Below, in pieces: positions 40,301-57,394 of a stretch of DNA of 64,000 bases. The notes beneath the pieces were generated by a model, which saw only the letters and a list, made by a program, of their open reading frames with translations, was not told the origin of the DNA and searched no databases. Source of the stretch: the human T2T-CHM13v2.0 reference genome, Homo sapiens; the NCBI RefSeq assembly GCF_009914755.1, contig NC_060925.1; one strand, 5' to 3'. A program made the translations under genes and the position numbers. The first letter of the stretch is position 1. Every line of letters begins with the position of its first letter.

Positions 40301-41149
40301 GTGAGGTGAAAAATACCGTACTATTTTCAAAATTTTACCAATGAAATTTGCTTAGGGAAGTAACTGCATATTAAGGTTTGCTAATTTGAAAGTAGAACAT
40401 AAAAATGTACAGTCTTGATGAATAAGGCCTGTGTAGGTTTGTGGTGGGTGAGGGTGAAAGGGGAGAAGAAGGAAGAAGACAAAGACTGTGGAAAAAGAGA
40501 GGCAGCGTAACAATGTTGCAGATAATTTCTAACGAAAGACTAAGCTCTGTGTCTTTCTCTAGGAAGATTTTTTTTTTCTGTTGCCTTAACTGCAACCGAA
40601 AAAGTAACAGATGGACAAGTAAAAGGGGTAGTTTAAAATTCCAGTCATTTCTTCTCAGGGTTTTAAGAAATTCTACTTACGGTGTCCTTTGGATTTGTGG
40701 TGTGTTTTATGGGGTTTGCCTGCCGTAGATAGAAAGTTTAAATAGCTTTCATATATAGAAACTCAAACCAGATTCAATTTCTTTTTAATTTAGACTTTTT
40801 GTTAATAAGAAATATGTCCTAAGGTTCTGTCTTACGTATCTCTTTCACTCCTGGCCCTGCCTGGGCACTTAATAAATATTTCATAATGCTTAGAGCAGTA
40901 ACACACTAGGAATTAGAAGCCAGGAGAAGGCTTTGATTCACTTTTATTTAACTTGTGACCTTAATCAGACATTAATTATTCTTTATCCATTAACATGCAG
41001 AAATTACGCTTAAAGAATTTTTTTTGAAGATGAATTAACGTTTATATATCTAGGACTTGTGTTAGTAAAAATTTTGGTAAGTTATAGTATGAATATGTAA
41101 AATGTTAGATAATTCATCATAGTGTTATAAAACATTATTTAAAGTATAA

Positions 41150-41432
<283 letters not shown>

Positions 41433-41549
41433 TAAAGTATAAATAGTTTAGTACTAAAAATCAAAAATTGTATTCCCACCAAATAGAGAACCAGTAGTTT
41501 TCCTCTAGCACATTTGGATATATTAAATTAAATGCATTTTGATTTATTA

Positions 41550-44224
<2,675 letters not shown>

Positions 44225-45039
44225 TATAATTAGTAGACTTTGGAGAGTAAGCCTTTTCTCTCTGGTGAATCTTAGTCAGTAGTCAATTTAGAGGGGTGTC
44301 AATGCCCCAGTCACATGGCTATTCAACTTTCAGAGAATTTCTAGACCCAAACTAGTGTTTTCATTTTATAAGCATATTTAACATCTATTTAGTACATGTT
44401 GTATGCCAGGCACTATGCTAAGCATTCACATATATCAGCCAATGTCTAATCCTGTGAGATAGGTAGTAATTTGTTCCCATTTTTGTGGACGGGAAAATTG
44501 AGTCCTAGAGAGTCAATCAGCAAATAGTTCTTGGCTCCTTAAGAAGACTGAAAAAGCCCGTCTCCCTAGGAGCTTATTCTCTAGTGGAAGGATGCTGAAA
44601 ATAAGTAAAAAAATTAAATGAATATGATAATTTTAGACTGTGATTAGTGCTATAAAGAGAATAAAACAGGGTAACATGATAAAGAATACCAGGAGGGGAA
44701 GTATCTAGAGTGATCAGAGAAGGCCTTTCTGAGGAGATGACCTTGAGAAGAGAGCTGAATCATCATAAGGGGCCATTGATCCAAATTCTGGAGCACCAGT
44801 GTTGGAAGAAGGAGGAAAAGCCATGATCCTCTGAAATGAGAATGAATTCACATGTTCCAGGAGGTTTGTTAGGTTGCAAGTAGCTAGAATATGAAGGACA
44901 GAGGCGCAGCACTATGGCATGAGGACTGAAAGCGAGCGGACGAACAATGTGTAGGCCTTGAGTTTTCTTCTGTTTGCAATGGAGAGCCCCTGAAGGGTTT
45001 CAAGTGGGGAAGAGTTGTGATTTGATGTGTTACATGTTT

Positions 45040-46620
45040 TTAAATTTATTTCCAAGTGACAAACTTACAGAAAATTTGCAAGTACACTTCAAAGACCTGC
45101 ATTTCTTTTGAACCATTGGAGAATAAGTTGTAAATCTAATAACCTTTGAATAGTGTGTTTCTTACAAACAAGAATATTTTCCTATATAACTATAGTACAA
45201 CCATCAATATCAATAAGTTATTGATATATTTATATTATCAAATGCTCAGACCCATTCAAGTTTCACCAGTTCTCTAATGTTTTTTTGACAGTATTTAGTT
45301 AGATGTCTCCTTCAGTCTGGAACAGTCTTTCATCTTCCCTTAACTTTCATGGCCATTCTACATTTGAAGATTATTTTGTAGAATGCCTCCTATTTTAACT
45401 TGTTTCATATTTCCTTAAGCTTAGATTTATATTATCAGTCTTTGACGGGAATGTCACTTAAGTGTTACTGTGATCCTTTCATTGATTCCTTTTAGGTAGT
45501 ATATGATGTTTATTTGTCCCATTAATGATTCTGCACCCTTTGATGACTGATTAAGGCAATGTCCGTCCAGCTTCTCCACTATAAAAGTCACTCTTTTTCC
45601 AATGTAATTAGTAAGTGTTTTGTGGGGAGCGTCTTTGAGACTGATGATCCCATGCCTTATCATACTTTAACTTTCAATTTATTCATGTATGAATTTGTTT
45701 TTATTTTAAGACATGGGTTTTATTATCATTACTTGTTTTGATGCACGAGTTACCCAAATTTGATGAGTGGGACCATCTTCAAGCTGGCTTCTATGCCCTT
45801 TTGATATGTTCACATCATTTTGATCACCTCTTTGCTTCTGATACAACAAAACGTTCTGACTCTCGTATGCTTTACCTGGCTCAGCCCTGGAATCAGTTAT
45901 TTCTCTAATGAGCCCTGGTTCCTTTTGGTAGAAAAAGTTATGTTTAGAATACAATATCTTGGCATTAGATGTGTTCATTGCTATTGAGGTATCACTATCC
46001 AAGACCTTCTGTATGAGCAGAGCTAGGGAGTATGTCTGTTTAATCATATTCACACACACACACACACGTTTTTATATCTATGATGTATTTCTGTATTTAC
46101 ATATATATAAAAACAATGAATTTACACCAGTGCCTCCAATTTTAATCTAGTTATAGGGATTCATTCTTGATATCTTTTATTTTCCGTATTTGTAGTTCCC
46201 TTTCTGACAGCGAGAGACAGGCTCTCATCTTTTTTATATCTACTTATTTGATTAATCCCCCTGTATATAACCAATCCTGTATAGCCCAAGTCATCTTTCC
46301 TAAGTTGGTGGCACTTTCCACTCCACTTGGGCTTTCACACCCTGCAAGGGCCATACCTCCTCTTTAACACACTTCTGTTTCCCCATGGTAGGTTTGCCTC
46401 CTATCCCCATATGGTGCCCTCTTCATCCTACTTGGGCAGTTACTCCCTACTCTAGGCCACTGTTTGCAGGAACTACCTCCTCATCTCGCTGCTTTGACAA
46501 TCTGTACTAGGCCACCATGACTTTGCCTCCTTTTCTCCACCAGTGTGGACGTTAGTCTTGTTCTACCTGCAGTGATTAACCTTTAGAGCTGAGTTGTTCA
46601 TGAAGGGAAAAGAGAAAGGA
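45040..46620 (-). mobile_element. old L1MC-like fragment
   Basis: aacttacagaaaatttgcaag antisense L1M 3' end; 46240-46280 resembles the reverse of 7565-7605; boundaries approximate. Confidence 0.6.
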
Positions 46621-46885
46621 AGAGTTTATAGTTGCTCTCAAATGCTCATTATGTTTCCTGCATGGGAAAACAGAAAGCTGTGTTGAATCCACTACCATGA
46701 GTAGGGGGTGATGATGGCATAAAAAAAGAAGGTAGTAGTGGAGATTTTGATAAGAAAGTTAAGTGATTTGCTCACAGTTATACAGCTAGTTAAATAGAAG
46801 AGCCAGAGTTGTAACCTAACTCTGTACTCCCTGATGTATCATAAATACAATTTTTTTTTTCCCAATGGGTGGGTCTGAAGTCCAT

Positions 46886-47212
46886 GGAGATGAGAAAATT
46901 TTAAGGCAAGTAACAATTATCTGCTACTAAAATCAAAGCAAAAAGGAATAAAAGTTTGGTGTTTTCTTCTTTTATCTTCTTTAAAAAATATACTTAGATT
47001 TCATAATAAATTATAAATTGCAACTTGGAAATGCTTTGAAATACATAGGGAGATGAGAAAATTTTAAGGCAAGTAACAATTATCTACTACTAAAATCAAA
47101 GCAAAAAGGAATAAAAGTTTGGTGTTTTCTTCTTTTATCTTCTTTAAAAAAAAAAACTTGGATTTCATAATAAATTGTAAATTGCCACTGGGAAATGCTT
47201 TGAAATACATAG
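46886..47212. repeat. tandem duplication, 163/164-bp unit x2
   Basis: copies 46886-47048 and 47049-47212 differ at about 7-8 positions. Confidence 0.95.
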
Positions 47213-48689
47213 AGTTATAATTATCTCAGAGAGTTGAAAGTCTTTTTTTCTTTCAAGGAATTATTATATGGAATTATGTGTTAACTAGATCAACAAGTCA
47301 TACTAAAACTAATTGATGATAATAATAATAATAGCTAACATTTCTTGAGCACACACGATGTGCCAGGCAGAGTCCTAAATGTTCTGTGTGTATTGTTTCA
47401 CTTCAGTCTCACACAATACAATGGGGTGTAGGTACTATTATTTTCCTCATTTTATAAGTTTTATATGTTTTATAAATGTCACAGTTGAGGAACAGAGAAA
47501 TAGAATTACTTGAACAACATTGCACATGCAGGAATTTTTGAAGCAGAACTTCAGAAATTGTGCTATTAACTATATTTCAGGACTTCAAAACTGTATTCCA
47601 AGACGATACTTGTACATAGCCTACTACTGCTTTACCCGTTGCAGAAACCGCTATATCTAATCCCAGAACAATCCTCAGAAAATACTTACCAACATGCTTC
47701 AAATAATTAATACCAATCAGAATTTGCACGTGATAACTTCTCTTTGCCAGAACATCATTGGTGACTTGAAATATTTTATTACAGTGAACTGGCAGTCTTA
47801 ATAGTGTTTATTTTAGGTTAAATTGACCTGCCTTGTTTATCTCTCAGTCACAAAGAGGGTATGAAATGAGATAAGGAGGTACAGTTTCTTTCCTTAATGT
47901 ATGTCAGTGGTTCTCATAAGCAGTGTGGGTAGGGAGAGGGTAAGAGGCATTTTCAAAATACACAAAATTACAAAGATAGTGTCCTTCCCAGGGGGCAGAT
48001 TCTGTTGCTTCTGAGACCTTCTTATTTAGAAGCTTTTAATGTAAACTTAGTGAGAAAAAAGACATATATCCGTGAAATGCATTCAAAATAAACCTTAATG
48101 CATTTAAAGAGCTGTTGCAGACCCTTGTACCAGGAAAATGCAAGACATATAATGGGCACTCCATAAATGAGGAAATGAAAGGGGCATGCACATAGGTCAG
48201 ATGGTAAGAGAAGTGCCAGATGTGCGAATTACTTATTGCACATAGAAGTGCAAATGTAAGGCTTCCCTAACACACTTCCTGAAGAAGGTCCCTCACCAAA
48301 AAACATAGTTTTTGTCCAATGTCAAATTTTTAGTTACAATATTTAAATTAACTTTAGGTCAAGATCACACATGAATGTGTGGTTTTTAGTATATATTAAA
48401 TAATACATTAATATAGAAATAACACCTTTTCCACTTTCACATGCATTTTCAATACTTCTTTTATCATCTAACACTTTTATTGGAAGAGGAAATATATACA
48501 CACATCAGGAAAAAGGAACTCAGAGTCTCCATTTTTATGCCTTATTTTCTGAATCCAGATGTAATGTGTCCCTACAAATATTACTTCCCAACAACCACTA
48601 CTCATTTATATAACATTAGGTACTTCAACATTTCGTTCATCCCGTAAGATATATAGTCTTCAGCTCTAACATAACTAATTAGTGCATTG

Positions 48690-50350
48690 CTTATAAAAAT
48701 AACCCCAAATTATGATTTATTTGAAAAGATAATATATTCACATGGCTCAAAATTCATAAATTTAGAAAACACACCCAGTGAAAAGTGTGCCCATCCCAAT
48801 ATCCTATTCTCCCAAGTCCCACTACCCATGTTATTAGTATAAGCACATCCCATTGTTAGTTACTTCTGTAGCCTTCCACTTTCTTTATGCATATGCAATA
48901 AATACCAATATACATTCTGACTTTTTAATTCGTGTGGTAATACACTCTAAAGATTTCTGCACTTTGCTTTTTTAATGTAGTAAGATATCTTGGAGATCAT
49001 TCCATTTATTGATGTTTTACAGCTACATGATATCCCATTGTATGGCTGTGCAGAATTTATTTAACCTGACCCCTGCTGGTAAATATTTATTTCTGATATT
49101 TTGTGACTATAAATAATGCTTTACTGAAGAATTTTGTACACGTTATTTGTAAGTATACCAGTAGATCTTTAGAATACTTAGAAGTGAAATTGCTAAATCG
49201 GAGGGTATTTAATTTTGATAGCCCTTTGCTAGATGAGTGATCTTGAGCAAATTAGCTAACTTCTCCATGCCTCAGTTTATTACTTCGTGGATTAGAGATA
49301 ATAATAGTACCTAGCTCATAGTGCTAAATGTGTTAACCCATGTAGGGTGCTTAGAATATTGCCTGGCCCATAGGAAGGGATAAAAGAGTTAGCTCTTCTG
49401 CTGCTGCTGTTCTTGTTACCACCCAGCTGCTGTCCACAGAAAAGCTATTTACATTCTCACCAGCTGGCTTATTCCTGTACCCTCCACCCGCAGTCTTGTT
49501 AAGGGGAGATATCAAACCGTTGAATTGTTGCCTCCTCAAAAGTGAAAAATGGTATCCCCTTGTAGGTTTAATTTGGCATTTCTCATCTGATGAGTGGGGT
49601 TAAGCATTGCTTTATATATTTAAGTAAAATTTGTATTGCTTTTATCTGTCAGTGTCTGGTCTTTGTTCATTATATTTTCTCTATTAATTCTTGATCTCTG
49701 TCTTTCTGATTTATAGGAACTTCTTATTCGGGAAATTAGTCTTTATTTTTTATTTATATTGTAATTTTTTGTACTGATTTTTACTAGCAGAAGTTTCTAG
49801 TTTTTATGAAGTCAGGTTTATCTATCTTTTTCTTAAAGATTTTACCTTTAAGGATGAGTTAGAGAGTGTTCTACTTCAGGTGACAGAAAAAAATGTCTCG
49901 TGGTTTCTTCCATTAATTTTTGAGTTTCCTTTTTTACAATAGAATCTTTGAGCCATTTGAAATTGATTCTTATAAATATGAGGTTTTTGAGTCAACTATA
50001 TATATAATATATATTTTTAATGGTATATATCAACTATAATATATATTTCAACTGTGTATATTATATATATTATTCAACTGTATATATTTTAATAACTGTC
50101 CCAGTCGTACCCGTTATCTATTGAATAATCATGTTTTCCCTAGTGATTTGATGCTGCCTTCGAAATATACTTAATTCGTTTTCATATGCAACGATGATAA
50201 GACTTTCTGTATGTTCTCTTGGTCTGTTAATGCTCCAAGACCATACTGTGTCAATAATGGAGGTTTTGTAATATGTTTGATAAATGGCAGGACTTGTCTA
50301 CCCCCACTCTTTGTTCCTCTTGCTTGTCTATTTACAGAGCTTTTAAAAGT
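48690..50350 (-). mobile_element. old L1ME-like fragments interrupted by a MIR (~49220-49420)
   Basis: cccattgtatggctgtg...gaaattgct...gtttaatttggcatttctc antisense L1M motifs; boundaries approximate. Confidence 0.55.
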
Positions 50351-50705
50351 AAACTATAAAATATTTATAATAATAATCAAATACCTGAATCATGAGAGAT
50401 TTCCTAGAAATAACTGTTGTTAATCTTTGTCTCTTTTCTTTAAAAAATAACTCCGTTAGTAGACTACTATGTATATCTAAAACTACCATTAATTGAATTT
50501 GCCTCAGGCTAATATTTCTTATAAAATATTACCTCATTTTTCAAAATAAAGTGATTGAGAAAATACTCAGTAATATTAGAGTATTTCTAGGAAAACACAT
50601 GAAAGCAATTTTATCCTTATTAAAGGATACTTTTTTGAGTGAACCCCTAATTTTTATACTTGAGCTATACATATGACACTATTCCATTTACATGATCACA
50701 ACTTT

Positions 50706-50910
50706 CTAGAGCCATGCTATACATTATGGTACCCACTGGCCACATGTGCTGTTTACTCTTACATTTGAATTAATTAAAATTAAACACAACTAAAAATTCA
50801 GTTTCTCAGTCACACTAGCTGAATTTCAGTAGTCACATGTGGCTATTGGTACCATTTTGGACGGTCCAGAATGGAATATTTCTGTCATCACAGAATGTTC
50901 TATTTGGCTG
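50706..50910. mobile_element. MER3/MER33-like hAT-Charlie MITE
   Basis: ggtacccactggccacatgtg ... agtcacatgtggctattggtacc internal symmetry; taaaaattcagtttctcagtcacactagc. Confidence 0.7.
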
Positions 50911-51225
50911 GGTTTGTTTTACAGTATGTTGCAGCATTAGGAGCTGTTTTTTATATATGGTAGTTTGGTTGATCGAATCAAAGAAGGGAGATCATTTCTC
51001 ATGGAAGTTTTAGCTTTGGTAGGGATTCAGACAGAAAAGAGATGAATGTCTGAAAGAAACATCAGGGGAATTCACCTGATTAAAACTACAGTGTACACAG
51101 TACTAGAGCAAAAATACTATGGTAGTCATCAGACTCTTGATCACATACTACATCAAATAAATATTTTTTAAGCACATCTCCCAATAGATGTTCATTTTTA
51201 ATTTACAGATTATTTGCTTGCACCT

Positions 51226-51443
51226 CAAGTTGAGTGTTCCCAATGCATTTCTCCAAAACCCAAAATGCTCCAAAATCTGGTACTTTTTGAGTACTGACGT
51301 GACGCTCACAGGAATGCTCTTTGGAGCATTTTGGATTTTGGATTTTCAGATTAGGAATGCTGAACCGGTAGGTGTAGTGCAGATATTCCAAAATCTGAAA
51401 CACTTCTGATCCTAAGCATTTTGGATAAGGGATACTTAACCTG
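51226..51443. mobile_element. Tigger4a/MER46-like MITE
   Basis: caagttgagt...gatacttaacctg-ta termini; internal inverted aaaatgctccaaa / tttggagcatttt. Confidence 0.8.
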
Positions 51444-52806
51444 TACTATACTCATGTTTTACTTGTGTTATAAACTGTGCATGTAAGTAGACATTAAAGA
51501 CAATGCATAGCAGTTAAATATAAATGGAAGTTCCTTTATGTAGTATTGTGAGCTGTCTTGTATATGCCTTAAACCTCCTCTACCCAATTTTGGAGTTTTG
51601 TAGTATGTTAAGGTTTGCATCACAAGCTATAGAGAACCTAGGTTCTAGATCAAAGTTTCAAAATAAGTCACTTTTATACTTCAATAAGCCTTATTTTTTC
51701 TTGTAAGTAAACTGGGAAAAATAATATTTACCTTACAGGGTATATTGAGAACTAAATGAGATAATATATGAGATATTGTTTAGTTAAGTAGTGAGTAAAA
51801 TAAAAATATTTAATAACAGAAAATTGGCCTGTGAAGTTCTGTGAAATAAATAAATTTTGATTTTTGGCTTTGAAATAATTTTTAACTTTGGAAAGCCTAA
51901 TGGTAATTGAACATACTGCTTTTCTAGGCTTAGGTTATATTTTGCAGAAAAGTACAGGGAATTACATCTAAAGAGGTAAAGGACTGTGAATTTTTTTGTT
52001 TTATTTTTAAGGAGCCACATCATTTCTTTTTAATAGAAATATATTAATGACTGATAGAAGCACCTAGAAAGAAGTGAATCCTTTATATTCTGATGTATAT
52101 TTAGTGGCTTTTGTTGTATAGAAGATTCTGAGGAGATCTCTACCTGTTCTAAAATGTGGCCCTTTAAATAATTGGTTTTCTGTTTCCTGCAATGTCACAA
52201 AAAATTATAATCATGATTTGAGGGATGTTAATGGTGTTGAAGGTGCTGGCTTGAAACGTGATGCGTTAACTACATTTGTGGGTGTTTTATGACTCAATTT
52301 GTCATTTTTAGAAAATGCATTGTGTTTTACTGAACAAGTTACGTTTGGATAACAAAATCTGTAGTGGGTTTCAGAGAGAGAGGTTTCCACTTTTTAAGAA
52401 AAGTATGTATTGTAAAGTATGTAAAAAAGGTACTACTTAGTAATCACATGTATGCTTAAGCAGCATTGTATAATCAAGCATCTAATTTCTTTAGACACAT
52501 CTCACCTCTCTCACGAATCAGAAAATAATACAGTTTTATTGTTAAGAGCCCTCTTATCTTTCCCCTGCAATTTAATTAATACTTGTTAAGAAGAGGTAGC
52601 TGTCAGATTAGAAATGAATTTCAGAATTTTCTATTGTCTTCTGATGGAGTGGCAATCTTAATCCTTTTATTTAGATATATTATTTTCAAGAACTTTTCAA
52701 AATGATAATTTCCCAGCTTTTCTGATTATGAAGAGAAATTTTTAGCATTTGAATAAATGGATTGAATGGTTGATTTTTTTTTCCATAAAAGGAAATAATA
52801 GATAAG

Positions 52807-52997
52807 CCATTTAAAAAGGAAAACAATGATGATATTTTTAAGTAAGAATAACTATCATCCTCAAATTTTATTATTTTGCTCAAAAATGTTGGTGATATAG
52901 CTTCCATTTAAAAAGGAAAACAATGATATTTTTAAGTAAGAATAACTTTCATCCTCAAATTTTATTATTTTGCTCAAAAATGTTGGTGATATATCTT
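52807..52997. repeat. tandem duplication, 97/94-bp unit x2
   Basis: copies 52807-52903 and 52904-52997 differ by one 3-bp indel and 2 substitutions. Confidence 0.95.
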
Positions 52998-53708
52998 TAC
53001 GTAGATACACATCTATGTAAAGAAATAATACTCATAAAGCCAGTAGGAGAAATAAGCCTGGATTAATTACTAACCTTTCACTTTCCTAAAATCACCCATT
53101 CAATCTACACATATTTACCAGATTCCCACCTAGTGTAAACACTGGGGATAACAATGAAAAGATGAATAGACCCTAGGCCCCTCATGGTAGACCTTACATC
53201 CCAACAGAAAAGTACAAGACAAATAAATAAAATAATTGCAAGATCTAATGAATGCTAAGGAAATGAATGGACTGAGATAGGAAATAGCAAAAAACAAAGA
53301 CAAAAAACAAAAAGAACAACAACCCTGCTTTGTACATAAATGTTTTGGGAAGCATTATCTGGGAACTATTATTTAAGCTGGGATGAAAGAAAACCAGAAA
53401 AAGACTTAAAATAGATGATTTGTTTTAGATACTTCACTCTTTGAAACTCCTTCAGTATCTCTCAATATTTAAACGTTTTTTTTTCCCCAAAAAGGCTGTG
53501 TATACTTTTTGTTAAATTTATTACTAAGTACCTTATTTTTTTGGCTTGTATTTATCATAAATTTTGTATTTTAAAACATTTTATGGCCTTTTTTTGGCCA
53601 GAATTAGATAAAAGTAATTCACTTTTGCATACCTATTCTATATTTAATGATTTAAGTTATTTTTAATTTTAATAATTTATAGATGGGTTTTCTACATAGA
53701 AAATTCTA

Positions 53709-54001
53709 GGTCGGGTGCAGTGGCTCACACCCGTTTTGGGAGGCCTAGGTGGGCGGATCACCTGAGGTCAGGAGTTCAATAGCAGCCTGGCCAACATGGC
53801 AAAACCCCATCCCTACTAAAAATACAAAAAAAAGTAGCTGGGTGTAGTGGTGCATGCCCGTAGTCCCAGCTGCTTGGGAGGCTGGGGCAGGAGAATTGCT
53901 TGATTGACCCCAGGAGGCGCAGAGGTTGCGCTGAACTGAGATCGCATGACTGCACTCCAGCCTGGGTGATGGAGCAAGACTTTGACTCAAAAAAAAAAGA
54001 A
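53709..54001 (+). mobile_element. AluS (Sx-like) within old L1M sequence
   Basis: TSD AGAAAATTCTA (53698-53708 / 54002-54012). Confidence 0.9.
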
Positions 54002-57000
54002 AGAAAATTCTATTACGGGTGAATATTGGCAGTTTTGTCTTATTTATTCAATAATTAGACTTCATATTTTCTTTTTCATTGTTAGCTGGCAAAAAAAATT
54101 ATAATGTTCTTAGTGATAGAACATTCTTGTATTTTTCCTGATTGTAAAGTAAATGCTTCTAAGATTTTTGTCATAAGTAATAATGTTTGCTATAGTTTTT
54201 TATCCTATATATTTTTAATCAGGCTGGGGCAGTTCTTACTCCTATTTGATGAGAGTTGATTCATAAGTTAATATCGAACTTTCAGAATGATTTTCTGTGT
54301 CTACTCAGATAATTGTACATTTCTTATTATTTTCTTGTGGCAACTTACACTAGAGATTTTCTCATGTTAACCATTCTTGGGGCCCCGGGTAAACCCACTC
54401 TGGCCATTGCTGGGTTTGGCTTGCTCACTTTCTTTTTTAGGACTTTTGTATCCACATTTCTGAATAAGAATGATTTGTAATTATAGTTGCTTCTTCCAGA
54501 AATGCTGCTTTTTGTATCAAAGTTATGCTAGCCTCGTAAATTTTTACATACTAGATTAATTTGTATGAGAATGTTATTATTTGTTAATGAAGAAATAACT
54601 CTTTTCATAATGTATTAGGAGCAGACCTCATAAGATGTTTAGACATTAGGGGCTTAGTAATAATATTGGAAAGACTCTAAATTTTAATTGTGCTAATATA
54701 TGACCTTACTATTGTATGTATAGAGACAATCACGGAATAAGGATAAAGGATGCTTATTTGCTCTAGTTCTAGATTACAAAATCAGGGATAAGTGATGGAA
54801 GATTATTAATTAAATAGTCAACATGGGTGGCTCTTTCTTAGAGAGAGAACTGAAATTTCTCCCTAGATTGCTTTTTAGCAATAATAAATTGCAGTGATTT
54901 AAAAAGGTTTTGACTGGATATTTTCTGCCATTCTGGCAGCTATTCCTAGAGAAACAGACTGTAGGGAAGCTGATTTCTCAATCCATAATTTTTATAATTG
55001 ATACTTTGATAAAACTGTTAGTGATTATGAAAATTAACTCCTCTAGAATCATCATGCTAAAGTATATTAATTATTTATTAAATGTATAGTTTAGCAGTCA
55101 AGCAGAGTTTCTTTTAACACATATTTTAATATGGTGTACGGTTCAAACATTTTTACCAAAGGAGTTTACTTTCTATGGTATAGGAAAGTTGGAATATATG
55201 CTCCAGTAAGTCTGAGAGGTACCCCCTCATGGGCAATGCAAACTCAAAATTGCTTTAAGCTCTCCTGTTTTAAATCTTGTGTGAATATCACTACTCCATG
55301 ATATATTTATATTTGTTAATTTAAAAATGGTTTAATCTCTGTAAAATATCTATGAAAATTATTCCATGTTTATTCATGACTTTGGCGATCCTTAGGCCAT
55401 CACTGTGTGTTGATGTAGATATAGGAATCCCAATTTGAGAAAAACATGTTAAAGCATTCCTTAGTGGTCTCATCGTGAGACTATATCCGGATTGGAAGGA
55501 CTTTGTGATATTAGGCAAAGATTTGCCTCTATGAAAGAAGTGTTCCAAAAACGAATGAGAAAGGAAGAAAAACATTTCACAAGGGGGCACTGTGCCTGGT
55601 ATGGTACTTGGCATGAAGTAAGTGCTGAAGAAATAGTTGTTGGTTGAGTTAATATACTTTAAAAAAACTGATCTCTAATAAAAAACTAAAGGCCTAAAAA
55701 GATGTTTGGAAGTTGAAAGGGATGGTCTTGGCTTTTATTCTTCTTAGATTGCTAGACAGCTTTTTTTAGTTACCAGGAAGTATATTCTAAAGTGCTTTCA
55801 GATTCAGGGGGAAAACATCCATTTGCATATTTTTGTCTTAGGGTATTTACATTCCATAATTTGCAAGACACTAAAATGTCTTGGATTTGAGAGGAATAAT
55901 TTATTGAGGTAGCGTGGCAACCTAAGTTTCTAAAATAGAGGTAATTTCTGGGCTTTTTGGCTTCAACTATCTGATTTGGAGAAGGGTCTTACTATAATAG
56001 AAGACTTTTTGGCCTGAAACATTTCATTGTTCAGTTCACTCACCAACACTCTCAGGCTTTGTCAGGGCTATTGAGGAGCTTACTGAGTTATTAATAACAT
56101 AGCTCTTTGTTTCTCCTGTGGTTTTCTTTTCTTACAGGTCCTCAGTTCCTTAACACAGGATAAGTGAGAGGGCAGATTCATTTAGGACAATTCTGATACC
56201 TTAAGAAAAATCTTCTCATAATCACACCAGGGTGCCGCATTTTACAGAGGGGGAAACTGCACCCTCTGAAGGAAATGACCTTGTCTGCATTCACACAGTT
56301 AGGACTCGAACCCACAGGACTTCAGAGCCCAGACTTTAGATCACTGACTGATAAATGTGTGTCTTTGTAAATTTTTAAAGTTCAGTAAGAAAGGAGCAAG
56401 AGAAGCAGGTAACACCAAATTGTTAATACCCTAAGGCAACTGAGAAAGATGAAATGTTATTTCTTCAAAGTGGAGCTGCCTGAGTGGCCAGTATAATCTG
56501 AGTCTTGACCTAAAGCCAGAAGCATTTGTTATTAGGAGACAGGAAACTTACCGTTGAGGCAGGTGTTGCATCCTCTTCATAACAGGTACATGTCTTTCTC
56601 ACCACATGTAGCAGAGCACTGGACATGTAAAAATGTCCTGGAAATAAAGATGTCATTCAACTGAGCTTGATTATGTCTGATTGTTTACTTATCTATATTA
56701 GTATGTACCTTAATTTCATCAAGTGAATATTTAGTCCAGTAAGGAATATCCATTGAATATGGAGATATATTTCCTTTTTAAGGGGATTTTTTTGGATCTA
56801 GATTGTCTGGATTTCTTAAGATTTAGTTTGGAGGGTACTTATTTTATTTTAAAAAGAAAACTCATTGAGAAACTCTAAGGCAACTGTTAAGGTAGAATGC
56901 CAGGGAATGCCCAGTGCAATGTGAATCTTAAGTCCCTGCTAGACTGTAAGCTCCCAGAGGCAGGACCTTCCCTCTCATATTCATCCTGTGCCCTTTGTCC

Positions 57001-57054
57001 TGTGTCTAGGCCAATGCCTGGCACATAATAGACACTTAAAAATAAAGTTTTTTT

Positions 57055-57346
<292 letters not shown>

Positions 57347-57394
57347 TTAAAAAATGATTGTTTACTTTTCTACCAAATTTATTTTGCAAACCAC

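Noticed and set aside
49990-50095. Repeated tcaacta/gtatatat units
   Set aside because: Ordinary decayed AT-rich simple repeat inside old L1 sequence
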